Below the pieces are notes generated by a model that worked only from the letters and a program-made list of their open reading frames with translations, had not been told where the DNA came from and did no database searches. A program made the translations under genes and the position numbers. Shown here piece by piece: positions 41,254-57,945 of a stretch of DNA of 64,000 nucleotides; the first letter of the stretch is position 1; every line of letters begins with the position of its first letter. The DNA comes from the human T2T-CHM13v2.0 reference genome, Homo sapiens. The stretch lies in assembly GCF_009914755.1 (NCBI RefSeq), contig NC_060928.1; one strand, 5' to 3'.

Positions 41254-42856
41254 CAGAAAAATTTTACTATTATTAATCAGGAATTACAGGATATGAGGGG
41301 AGATTGACTACTAGTAGTGTGTCTATTTTTAACAGTGTATCAGAATGTAATACTCTACAGCATGGCAGGCGTTGAAAGCATTTTCTGATGCCTACATAGA
41401 AGTAGACAGAGGCATGAGAGTGATTCAGTGCTCAGCTGTCTCTCCTTAGCTGTAATTTATGACTGTCAGCATTATTTCTCTTGGATAGTGAAAGAAAATT
41501 TTAATCCTTTTATAGTATCACATATTTTATAGAATTTGTTTGTGTCTCATTTTGACTTTGTAGCTCCCCAAACCCTAGAGAACATGGGAAGTAGTTAGCC
41601 TACTGTTATCTTTGTTGTGAGATTTTCATCTTTTATCATAAATAGAATAGCGAACTCTTTCTTTCAGTGAAGCACTCTTCCTCCTAGTCACACTTAGTGA
41701 TTACAAAGTTCTGTTTTCTTTTATACAAATGCCAACATTTTTGTAACTTCTTGGCTTATGAAGAGTGAGTGTTTAGAGTTACCGGGAACCATGAAAAGGA
41801 AGATACCACCGGTGTTTATTTACTGAGATTTAATAAGAGAGTCATCAATATGGCATTTTCACCCTTTTCCTGCCGAAATCTGGGAGAGCTTTTGGTTGCA
41901 TGTGCCTTTCAGGCTTAGCATTTGTAAAACAGAAACAGCTTGTGAGTTTTACCATAGGACAGGGCTTTCAGCAGAAATAGGTCTATCACAGTTACTGTGA
42001 ATATGTGCACAGGAATCCTTGCTATGGTGGGAATGTTTGTTTGTTTACTTTTCATAACCAACAGCAAACAACTCTTCTCTGAAGAAATATATTTCTCCTC
42101 TGACTTTTGAGAAGATTTTAACGTTTTGCATGATGTGTAGATCACCTTTTGACCACAAATATATGTCACATCACATTGGACAGGTTTCAAATCACAACCG
42201 TGAAGTTCAACAGCATACTGATAAAAATGGCCATGCAACACTGTGAAGATTAACATGTAGCAAGCTCCCGGGTATATTAAGTGGTAATAATAAAAAAGGC
42301 AGAGTCTTAGGTGCCCCATAGTTCATGGTTTGCACCACATTTTCACACGAGTTTTGTAGATGTCTAACTACGGACACTAGCACCCATACTTTGGTGACAG
42401 GTCAAAAACCTTTTGGGAAATTAATATTACCCAAATGTGTTTTGGTGAAAGTCTATCCTTTCTGAGAAAAGTCCCGCCAACAAAATACAGAGAAATGAGT
42501 ATGAAATTTAGGAATGAACCAAAAAAAAGTCATTTTGTGATGTTTACAAGTGGACAAGGAAGGAAGTCATTTTGGGCAAAGGGAACCCACATGCAAAGCC
42601 GTGTTATGAGAATATTGGATATTTGGCAAATGCCCCGAGTTTAGTGTGAATTTGTACACTGTTGATAAAGAGGAAGGAATGGAATCAGGAAATATGAAAC
42701 GGTTAAAACGATTAAACTTGGTGACTAATAGAAGTAGTAAAGAAGAAAGGATTGGAAATATCCCAACCAACTGAGCTTATTAGTCACAGATGTTGGTGAA
42801 TAAATCCCACCATGCCCCATCCATTCCTGACAAGCCCAATCAGGGTACAAAATCAT

Positions 42857-43045
42857 GTGCTTTGGTGAGACCTAGAGATAAAGTTTCATGTCTCAGCTCT
42901 GTCAAAGTACTCTGTGTAACACTGGGAAAACAACTTCTGTGAGCTTTAAATTCAGCGTCTAGAAAATAATACTTATTTCTCAGAAATTTTGTAAAGATTA
43001 ATTGTGGGAGAGAAGTCACTTTGAAATAATTATATAAATGCAAAA
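42857..43045 (+). mobile_element. MIR
   Basis: gtgctttggtgagacc...tctcagctctgtca...tgtgtaacactggg...ataatacttatttctcaga. Confidence 0.6.
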
Positions 43046-43141
43046 TATATTATCTTCTTGTCCACTGCTACTAATTGTCAACATTAAAAATGTATATCTG
43101 CAAAATCAGTTCTTCTATGCTAAATTAAGAAATGCAGCACC

Positions 43142-43452
43142 GGCCAGGCACAGTGGCTCATGCCTGTAATTCCAGCAATTTGGGAGGCTGAGGCAGGTGG
43201 ATCTCCTGAGGTCTGGAGATGGAGACCAGCCTGACCAACCTGGTAAAACCCTATTTCTACTAAAAATACAAATTAGCTGGACGTGGTGGTGCAGGCCTAT
43301 AATCCTAGCTAAATGAGAGAATGAGGCAGGAGAATTGCTTGAACCCAGGAGGTGGAGGTTGCGGTGAGCCAAGATCGTGCCATTGCACTCCAGTCTGGGT
43401 GACAAGACCAAAACTCAGTCTGGAAAAAAACAAAAGAAAGAAAGAAAAGGAA
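43142..43452 (+). mobile_element. AluS (Sp/Sq-like)
   Basis: Perfect 15-bp TSD aagaaatgcagcacc at 43127-43141 and 43453-43467. Confidence 0.96.
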
Positions 43453-44158
43453 AAGAAATGCAGCACCATGTCCCTAACTTTTTAGTTTTACTGTTGTAAC
43501 AGTCTTTGAACACACGGCAGTTTTGCCAGGTTTGGGTCTCCCTCGGTGTTCAATTTCCTTCTCCAACTTGTAAATTTCTATTCTAAATAAAACAAGAGGT
43601 AATTATGGTTGAGTTCCTTTTTCTCTTAAGTTGGTTAATAAAAAGTGTAGAGTCCTTTATGCAAGTAAAATAAATGCACAAGCTAATAGTTTATTTTCTT
43701 TTCTTTGGTAACAAGAACAAGGAGATTTTTGTGAGGAAACAAAATACTTGTTTGCCAAGAATTTGTGATAATGTGTCAAAGGTGACTAATATCTTGAATC
43801 TCATCCAGACACCTACTACAGGGGAATTAAGGACACAGTAAAATAATGGCCATCTTATACCTGGGTTGGCTCCTAACATCAAATTATGATGTGGCTTGTG
43901 GACTAGGGAGCTGGGCCTGGCCATGCTAGCTTTGTGTGTGCTTTCCTTGCTCCTTTAAGCCAACACTAGAGAGAAAGCAGACTGAATAGTTGTGTTGCTA
44001 TCTTCTCTGTGACCTACTTACTTTGGTATTCTAAATTTTTCAATTATATTAATGGAAAAAGGAGGAGAGCCCTAGAAGAGAGTGACCTGTGCCCTGTTTG
44101 TGAGCTCAGCCTCGTGCTGAACAGCCCTAACTCCCTGCCCCAAATGGGGAAATCCACG

Positions 44159-44246
44159 GGCCTGTGTAGATGTCTTGGCCACAAGGAAGTGAGGAGACCA
44201 CAGGCCCGTGTAGTCATCTTAGCCACAAGGAAGTGAAGAGACTAAA
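44159..44246. repeat. 44-bp tandem duplication (2 copies)
   Basis: ggcctgtgtagatgtcttggccacaaggaagtgaggagacca / ggcccgtgtagtcatcttagccacaaggaagtgaagagacta. Confidence 0.9.
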
Positions 44247-45361
44247 GACAGTCTTTCTCTCCTAAAGCCTAGAGAAGAATTAGAATCGTGGGGAATTGAT
44301 CCCAGGAATCTAGATTCTAACAGATTGCTCGAGTGAGCCTTCTCTACACTAAACTTCAAGAATATTTATGAAAAATTTCACCATCTTGTATGATACTTGT
44401 ATTAGTAAATTAAATGTAGCTGTTAATAATCAGTAAGCACTTATCCATACTTCTAAGAAAATGAAAGTTCCCTCTAAAAGGAAAGGAACAAATTGAGAAC
44501 TTATTATTTTCAAATATTGTCATACATTTATTTTTTCTTTTATTTGCTTCAGACAACTTAGAATTTCACTGTATAAACTAGTGTCATCCATGAGATTAGA
44601 GAAGAAACCTCACAGTTAAGCTCCTCTCATTTATTCCACAGCTTATTCTTATTTATAATCAGCTTGTTGTTGTTTGCTTCGTAGTTATTACTAAGTGGTT
44701 ATCACTTTCATTAGACCTTGCTTAGAATGTCTTCGAATTTAAATCAGATATATTATTTTAGAGTGAGAACATATACCAACATTTGAAAGAATATATAGAT
44801 ATGTATTTGGTAATGGCAGCATTGCTAAAATAAATGTATGACCTTCTAAGTGACTGGTCTAAAAAGGGCATTGATGATAGGTTTAGTTCATATTAGAATT
44901 TCAAGCCTCTAGTTTTATAAACAATCTCTCTATTTGATTTCAATGTTAATGAAATACTCTGCTTTAGAATCATTCAGAAGATAGCATATACTATCACTAG
45001 CAAGCATTCACATGGCTTTAAGTGGGAGAGAAATACTAGAGGAAAACTAGAAAGCCTTTATCACCACTTCGTTTCCTGTTTTCCTCTTGTCTTTGGTGAC
45101 GATTCAAGGTCTAAATATTTGAAGCTATGAAAAATTAAGAATATTCTCCAGAGGTTCAAATGAAGAGAGCTCTTACCTAGCCTGCAGCCTTGGTGGGGCC
45201 AAGATTGGCTCCTAGAATATTAGCTACTATGACTATCTTTCATTATCACCTCTTAGAGAAGGGAAGCATTAAACAACAAAGAATAAACCAGAATAAGACA
45301 AAGAAACATTTGGCTTAAAGATGAGTACGGAAGAAGAAATCTCTATAGAGACTCATCTAGG

Positions 45362-45863
45362 TCTGTGCTGTTCCGTGTGGTAGGCACAGCTAATGATCAT
45401 ATGCATTGAGGTTAGTATGAATGAGGAACAGAGTTTTTAAGTTTCTAACTTTAATTTTAATGAACTTATATTTAAGTTTAATAATCGGTACTATTTTTAA
45501 TTATTGGAAAAAAAGTTAAGCTTATTGGGGGAACAACTCACCTCTGGAGATCTACTTTTTAAACTGTAAATTTTATGAAGCCTAATACCAACTAAGTATT
45601 TGTGATAAAATTTAGCATCCAAATTGAGATGTACTGGAAATGTAAAATACACACTAGATTTTTAAGACATAGTATGAAAAAAAGAATATAAAATTTTCAC
45701 TAATATTTTGAAGTATGTTTACATGTTGCAATGATATATTTTGGGTATGTTGGGTTTAAAATAGGTTATTAAGATTAATTTCACCTGTTTCTTTTTACCT
45801 TTTTAATGTAGATACTAGAAAATTTAAAATGTGGCTTCTATTATATTCCTATGGGACAGTACT
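45362..45863. mobile_element. Charlie1/MER33-family DNA transposon remnant
   Basis: tccaaattgagatgtactggaaatgtaaaatacacactagatttt...aattaatttcacctgtttctttttac...tatgggacagtact. Confidence 0.75.
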
Positions 45864-46539
45864 CATCCAGATGCTTATGACAGCCCAGATTTCTGTAGTG
45901 CTGGAAACTGAGAAGTCTGGTGTTCCCTGGTATTCATTTCAGTGCCATGGCTCTACAAGGGAATAAAAATGTATTAATCAGTGATGAAATATGTCCTTGG
46001 AAAATAATTTGAAAACTTTATTACTGAGAATACAGATTATTAACTAAATGGTAATAGTACTGTCCTAATAAGTACCAACTCATTAAAACAACTAGGAATA
46101 TTTAGAGTGAGGACTGTATAAATGTTTACCAAAATGTTTTTCTTGTTCCAGATTTCCTTCTTATAACTTTTAAAGTAATTTATTTTAGTCAGGATTAACT
46201 AAGCAAAATATGTTGTTATAATTATATCACATGATGCATTTAAATTAAGCAATAACTATGAATCATCTCAGATGTGGAAAGCTCATGGCCTCAGAATGGA
46301 ATATGGGGACTCATAAGACTTTTTTATTATGATGATACTTTAAGTTCTAGGGTACATGTGCACAACGGGGAGGTTTGTTACATAGGTATACATGTGCCAT
46401 GTTGGTTTGCTGCACCCATCCACTCGTCATTTACATTAGGTATTTCTCCTAACGCTGTTCCTCCCCCAGCCTCCCACCCCCCCACCAACAGGCCCTGGTG
46501 TGTGATGTTCCCCACCCAGTGTCCAAGTGTTCTCATTGT

Positions 46540-50362
<3,823 letters not shown>

Positions 50363-50425
50363 TATGATGTTAGCTGATTATTTTGCCTGTTAATTGATGC
50401 AGTTTCTTCATAGCATCGATGGTCT

Positions 50426-51450
50426 TTACAATTTAGCATGTTTTTGCAGTGGCTGGCACCAGTTGTTCCTTTCCATGTTTAGTGCTTCTTTCAGGAGCTC
50501 TTTTAGGGCAGGCCTGGTGGTGACAAAATCTCTCAGCATTTGCTTGTTTGTAAAGGATTTTATTTTCCCTTCACTCATGAAGCTTAGTTTGGCTGGATAT
50601 GAAATTCTGGGTTGAAAAATTCTGTTCTTTAAGAATGTTGAATATTGGCTCCCACTCTCTTCTGGCTTGTAGGGTTTCTGCGGAGAGATCTGCTATTAGT
50701 CTGATGGGCTTCCCTTTGTGAGTAACCAGACCTTTCTCTCTGGCTGCCCTTAACATTTTTTCCTTCATTTCAACCTTGGTGAATCTGACAATTATGTGTC
50801 TTAGGGTTGCTCTTCTCGAGGAGTATCTTTGTGGTGTTCTCTGTATTTCCTGAATTTGAATGTTGGCCTGCCTTGCTATATTGGGGAAGTTCTCCTGGAT
50901 AATATCCTGAAGAGTGTTTTCCAACTTGGTTCCATTCTCCCTGTCACTTTCAGGTACACCAATCAAACGTTGATTTGGTCTTTTCACATAGTCCCATATT
51001 TCTTGGAGGCATTGTTTGTTTCTTTTTACTCTTTTTTCTCTAAACTTGTCTTCTCACTTTATTTTATTAACTTGATCTTCAATCACTGATACCCTTTCTT
51101 CCACTTCATCAAATTGGCTATTGAAGCTTGTGCATGCGTCACAAAGTTCTAATGCCATGGTTTTCAGCTCTGTCAGGTCATTTAAGGTCTTCTCTACACT
51201 GTTTGTTCCAGTTAGCCATTTGTCTAACCTTCTTTCAAGGCTTTTAGCTTCTGCTTGTGATGGGTTAGGACATGCTCCTTCAGCTCAGAGAAGATTGTTA
51301 TTACCGATCTTCTGAAGTCTAGTTCTATCAACTCGTCAAAGTCATTCTCCATCCAGCTTTGTTCCATTGCAGGTGAGGAGCTGCGATCCTTTGAAGAAGA
51401 GGTGCTCTGGTTTTTAGAATTTTCAACTTTTTGCCCTGGTTTCTCCCCAT
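50426..51450 (-). pseudogene. Disrupted L1 ORF1
   Basis: ATGGGGAGAAACCAG start; fragment IGVPESD...ENTLQDIIQENFP...LQARREW; frameshifted. Confidence 0.93.
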
Positions 51451-52049
51451 CTTTGTGGTTTTATCTACCTTTGGTCTTTGATGTTGGTGACCTACAGATG
51501 GGGTTTTGGTGTAGATGTACTTTTTGTTGATGTTGATGCTATTCCTTTCTGCTTGTTAGTTTTCCTTCTAGCAGTCAGGTCCCTCAGCTGCAGGTCTGTT
51601 GGACTTTGCTGGAGGTCCACTCCAGACCCTGTTTGCCTGGGTATCATCAGTGGAGGCTGCAGAACAGCAAATGTTGCAGAACAGCGAAGTCTGCTGCCTG
51701 ATCATTCCTCTGGAAGCTTCGTCCAAGAGAGGCACCTGACTGTATGAGGTGTCTGTTGGCCCCTACTGGGAGGTGTCTCCCAGTTAGGCTACATGGGGGT
51801 CAGGGACCCACTTGAGGAGGCAGCGTGTCTGTTCTCAGAGCTCAAACGCCATGCTGGGAGAACCACTGCTCTCTTCAGAACTGTCAGACAGGGACGTTTA
51901 AATTTGCAGAAGTTTCTGCTGCCTTTTGTTCAGCTATGCCCTACCCACAGAGGTGGAGTCTATAGAGGCAGTATACCTTGCTGAGCTGTGGTGGGCTCTG
52001 CCCAGTTTGAGCTTCTTGGCCACTTTGTTTACCTACTCAAGCCTCAGCA

Positions 52050-52190
52050 ATGGCGGACGCCCCTCCCCCAGCCAGGCTGCAGCCTTGCAGGTCAATCTCA
52101 TACTGCTGCGCTAGCAGTGAGCAAGGCTCTGTGGGCATGGGACCCACTGAGCCAGGCACAGGAGAAAATCTTCAGGTCTGCCAGTTGTGA
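52050..52190 (+). pseudogene. L1 ORF0 homologue, truncated at 46 aa
   Basis: gcaATGg start; translates by hand to MADAPPPARLQPCRSISYCCASSEQGSVGMGPTEPGTGENLQVCQL*, resembling ORF0 MAGAPPPASLPPC... Confidence 0.7.
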
Positions 52191-52816
52191 AGACCATGAG
52201 AAAAGCACAGTATTTGGGCAGAAGTGTCCCATTTTTCCAGGTACAATCTGTCATGGCTTCCCTTGGCTAGGAAAGGGAAATCCACCAACCCCTTGCACTT
52301 CCTGGGTGAGGCAATGCCCCGCCCTGCTTCGACTCACCCTCTGTGGGCTGCACCCACTGTCCAACCAGCCCCAGTGAGATGAACCAGGTACCTTAGTTGG
52401 AAATGAAGAAATCACCCGTCTTCTGCATCAGTCACGCTGGGAGCTGCAGACTGGAGCTGTTCCTATTCGGCTATCTTGGAATGGGATCTAAGCCTTTTTT
52501 TTTCCCCCCCATGTGGAACTTAGAAATGTGATAAAGTAGGTAAAACACACATTTAGAAAACTGGATATATAAACAGCACATTTAATAAAGGAGTAAATTT
52601 GGTAGATTCCAATTGTTCAGGAATTCAGTGGAAAGCTAAATCAATGTGAACTGAGATTTTTAAAAGAAGCTATATAGCAGAAGTGGGACTTGAGCTTGAA
52701 TGGTTGGATTTGCATGAACTGAGGGAGAATGCTTCCAGAGATCTGCATATTGACATATTGGACCTTCTGTTGGATCACTGATCACTTTCCTCTATTTACT
52801 TGTCTTTTAAAAATAT

Positions 52817-52977
<161 letters not shown>

Positions 52978-52994
52978 TTGTTTACCTTTTTATT

Positions 52995-53105
52995 CACTGG
53001 TATGTGGACTCTTTGAGGAAAATGATTCTGTTTGTTTCATCTTATCCATCTCAAAGCTTTTGGTGCCTAGCTTATAGTAGGTATTTAGTGCGTATTTGTG
53101 AATGT
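52995..53105 (+). mobile_element. L2 3' end
   Basis: gtggactctttgagg...ggtgcctagcttatagtaggtatttagtgcgtatttgtgaatg. Confidence 0.6.
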
Positions 53106-54679
53106 CATCAGTGATAAGTGTCTGTATAAATAACTGACATTCCCATCAGCAGAAAGAGAATAAACAATGAAATGGTGACGAGCATGAGTGTTATAAGTTG
53201 TGGGTAGCAAAAGACCCTCTATGGCTGGATAGTTCTGTTTTCTGACCTAAAAATAGTGAAAATGACTCCTCACTTCTTCACCGGGTTGTGGAAGGTGTTT
53301 GCATGGTAAGTGAAAGGACTTGATAAAATATAAGGGCCTATGTAAATCCAAGATTTCATTATTACTTGTAGGGACAGGTTCTTTTTCATAAATCTTTGTA
53401 ATTATTGCCTTGAATAGAAGTGATATTCAATAAATAGTTACTTAATAAATAAATCAACAAATGAATGGGAGTTTCCTATCCTTGTGACCTTTTTTTTTAA
53501 TCTGCCTGATAGACAGCCATTCTTATTAGAAAAGTATCTAAAATATGATTAAATCAACTTAGATGAGAAGCTTTGCTGTCTCGGCCTATGAATAAAGTTG
53601 ATGTGCATAAATCCATGGACATTTTTATATCTCCTTTGCCTTTTCAGCATCATTATTCTTTTTTTTTTTTAATTCTTAGGTAATTAACAGATTCAGATTT
53701 TTGAAGTTTCCAGATATATGGCCTCAGGATTGAATTTTTCCTCTGGAGAGAAAACATATCTCAATTGAAATATACCTTACATTGCTCATGCAGTTTTTCC
53801 AATGTAAAGCAGATAGAGAAAACATAAAAACATTTTCTGAAATACTGATTCAAAAATACCCTAAGAAAATAATTTGGGGGAAATGAGGGCAAGATTTTTA
53901 TTAGGGAAGATACTGCATTGTTTTATGCTAACTTTCAACTTTAAAAAATACTAACATTAACAAAGGAAGATACCACCTGAAAATAAAAATTTGCAGAATT
54001 GAGTGGGTTATTTTGAAAGTTACAGGAGTGATCTTCCATTCATAAATTATAGCTTTAAAAGAAGTGTTTCTCTGCCTGATGCCTAAGCATTTGACCTAAG
54101 GCAAAAAGACCGAGTTTTGTCATCTCCAGCCAAAAGAGAAACACAATACAGATCTTAAAGATGGAACTCCAGCACCCTGTCTCTAAGCTCTGATAAATCT
54201 TGTGTAATATTTTTCCCTTTCATTCCCGTGCTATGAGCTTTCCCCAGACCCTTACCATTTGATGCCTGGACTATTGGTGTTTTGCACAAAGGTATCACCT
54301 ATCTGCATATCTTAATAAACCACTGCTTTCATCATCTTTCTCCCCTCTCCACGGATCTACATTGGTGTCCTCTTGCTGTGACTTGACAACCAAACTGGCC
54401 GGGTCAGCCTGATTTCTCCATATGTTCTAACCTATAGGCCTAGTCTTCCTATTGTCCTCCACCCACATTCCAAGGTCTCTCTTATCTCTAGGCCTTTCCC
54501 CCTGTGACATTTCCTCCTCTCTCCCTGTGTGAGTCTTGCTTATCAGGTCTGGCTCCTTCTGCCCTTCCATGAAGCCTTCCCTCAGTCTGTTTCTGCATAA
54601 ACTATCACTGCATTGTCTGAAGTTTTAGAGAACTTTCTAGCTATGCCATGGATTTACCACTTATAAAATTCTAATTTCT

Positions 54680-54953
54680 CAGTAAACTATCGCAAGAACA
54701 AAAAACCAAATACCACATATTCTCACTCATAGGTGGGAATTGAACAATGAGAACACATGAACACAGGAAGGGGAACATCACACTCTGGGGACTGTTGTGG
54801 GGTGGGGGGAGGGGGGAGGGATAGCATTAGGAGATATACCTAATGCTAAATGATGAGTTAATGGGTGCAGCACACCAGCATGGCACATGTATACATATGT
54901 AACTAACCTGCACATTGTGCACATGTACCCTAAAACTTAAAGTATAATTAAAA
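54680..54953 (+). mobile_element. 5'-truncated young L1PA (about L1PA3) 3' end
   Basis: cagtaaactatcgcaagaacaaaaaacc...G-rich tract...ccctaaaacttaaagtataa. 15-bp TSD aaaattctaatttct at 54665-54679 and 54954-54968. Confidence 0.96.
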
Positions 54954-56007
54954 AAAATTCTAATTTCTAGTATTTTATGCATGGTTCTTAACTGGAAATG
55001 TCTTAAGTGAATTTAAAAATTCTAAAATATAAGGAAAAGCGATGGCTAGATTATAAAAAAAAGTTACACATATTTGAAAATATATGTAATGTGTTACAAA
55101 AACAAAATTCTTAGTATATTAAATATATAAATATTTTTCTAGCACAGAAAGTTGAAATGATACCTAATGAACCATTTGTCTCTAAGAACTCTTTCTTTAT
55201 CTTTGTGTTTTGAAATGCTCATCTGCTATAACCTGGTAGCATGTTTATTGTTAAAGCACAATAAAGATCTGGTCTGGGATCTGTTCTTTTAATGCTCCTG
55301 ACTTTCATTTTACTTAATTATGATGCTTTTCCTGGTTTGATTATATTGAAGAATGATTTCACTTTGTTTGAACCTGGAAGCTTTTCATGTGATGTTTAAT
55401 TATGTTCACATTTATATTTATAATATGTAATATATACTTATAAATGGAATATATTACATTTAAAATGCCCCTTTTGTATTATCGGATGCTGTGATTCTGT
55501 TTATTACTAGGAAGTCCTGGTCCTAATAAATACAATATTTGAACAGCACAAAGATAGAGTGGTGGCAAGATGCGCCTCCATATGGATGCCCCTTGATCTT
55601 TACTATTCAGAAATAGTTCTCAAAGATCAAGCCAAAGCACACTTGGCTCTTGGCACTAAAGAACTTGGACTTTGAGAGTGATCAAGTATTGCATGTGATG
55701 TGGCGGCTCTTAAAAGGGACTCTTCAAAATAAAGTGACAGGAATATACACTGCTCTTTTGTTTCAGAGAAAAGACTTTGCCAAGATGAGAAAAATAAAAA
55801 ATGAGAGTTTTATAAGAGTATTTTCCTCCATTGGGTTTTTGACCAGATACTTATCATTGTGAAAGTGCCATGGAATGTGTCTTATTTCATTCTGTGTCAG
55901 CTGGCACTAAGACCCTGAGGAAAATATTTGCAATGCATGCCAATGAACAGAAAGACCAAATTTCGCACCTTCACACATATTCAGCATATTTTCCCTCCTA
56001 ATGTACC

Positions 56008-56465
56008 ACTCCCCTTTCTTTCACTCCTTCTCTTTCCCTCTCTCTCCCTTTCTTTTTCTCCCTCTCTCTACCCGTTTGCCTTCTTCCCTTCTTTTTCCTT
56101 CTCTCCCTCCCCTCTCCCCCTCACTCTCCCAACCCCTTTCCCTCTCTTGCCTTCCTTTTTATCTCTTTCCTTCTCCTTCTTCCCTCCCCTCTCTCCCCCT
56201 TGTCTTCCCCGTCTTCCCCTCCCTCCCCTGTCCTTCCCAGGTTCTCCAGGAGCCTCCTCTCCCCTCTCCAGGCTCATTTTTTTTCCACTGCTCTATGTAC
56301 CCTGCTTTTCCTCTTATGGTCATTTATTTCCTTGTCACCTTCATGGCAATAAGTCTTTAATACATTCCTCCTCCTCCTCCTCCCCCTCCTCTAGCCCCTC
56401 CCCTTCCTCCTCCTCCTCCTCCTCCTTCTCTCTCGCTCTCTCTTCCTCTGAGTCTCTATTCTCAT
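56008..56465. repeat. Long polypyrimidine (CT-rich, (CCT)n) tract
   Basis: Read directly; two blocks, ~56008-56270 and ~56365-56450. Confidence 0.92.
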
Positions 56466-56958
56466 CGCCATTACTTTCTTTGGAAAGGAGAATCCATGCC
56501 TCTGCTCTGGTAAAATGCTGGCTGCATAGTAACGGTATATTATGTAAACTTGTCTTGTTTACCCACCCTAGTATTAGTCTGTTTCTTCTAGAGGAGTTCT
56601 TATAGTATGGTAATTCAAATAAAGCCATCTAACGGCCACCCATAAAATACAAAGAATCCTTTTTGAAAATGAAAATTGCTTCAGAATAAATATTGGTTAT
56701 TCCAGTAATTCAAAAGGATAGAATTAAGCTATTTTAGAAAACATTTTAAAATAATTACAAAAATTGTGCTTACCACAACTGAGGCAGAAAATAAGAATTC
56801 TGATTTTTTAAAAATCTGTCTTCTGGAGATCTTTATGTAACTTGGAATCTAATAAAATTGAAAAATTATATCTCTTCTATGTGTAATTAAATGTTTCTTT
56901 AACGATCTAGGAAAGACTTTCAACTGATGTGCCCTCCGAAGGCTTTGGAGTTAGGCAC

Positions 56959-57750
<792 letters not shown>

Positions 57751-57754
57751 CCCA

Positions 57755-57945
57755 TTCTGAGTTCAAGTCTCATTTCCTCCACGAAGTAACTATGTGACCT
57801 TTGTCAAATTACTTAGCCTCACTGAGCCTCAACTGTAACGTAGGTAATTCTAGTTCTCACCTCATACTGCTGTGAGGATTAAATGAGATAATGCTTAGTA
57901 AAATGCCTGGCACATAGTAAGTACAAGTATAGATTAGCCATTTGT
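57755..57945 (+). mobile_element. MIR (5' part at ~56938-56958, split by the MLT1)
   Basis: ctatgtgacctttgtcaaattacttagcctcactgagcctca...gtgaggattaaatgagataatgc...tgcctggcacatagtaag. Confidence 0.85.

Noticed and set aside
55928-56605. Longest ORF in the track (225 aa, Ser/Pro/Leu/Phe-rich)
   Set aside because: It is a translation of the CT-rich tract, which lacks stop codons for compositional reasons; TTG start and no domain
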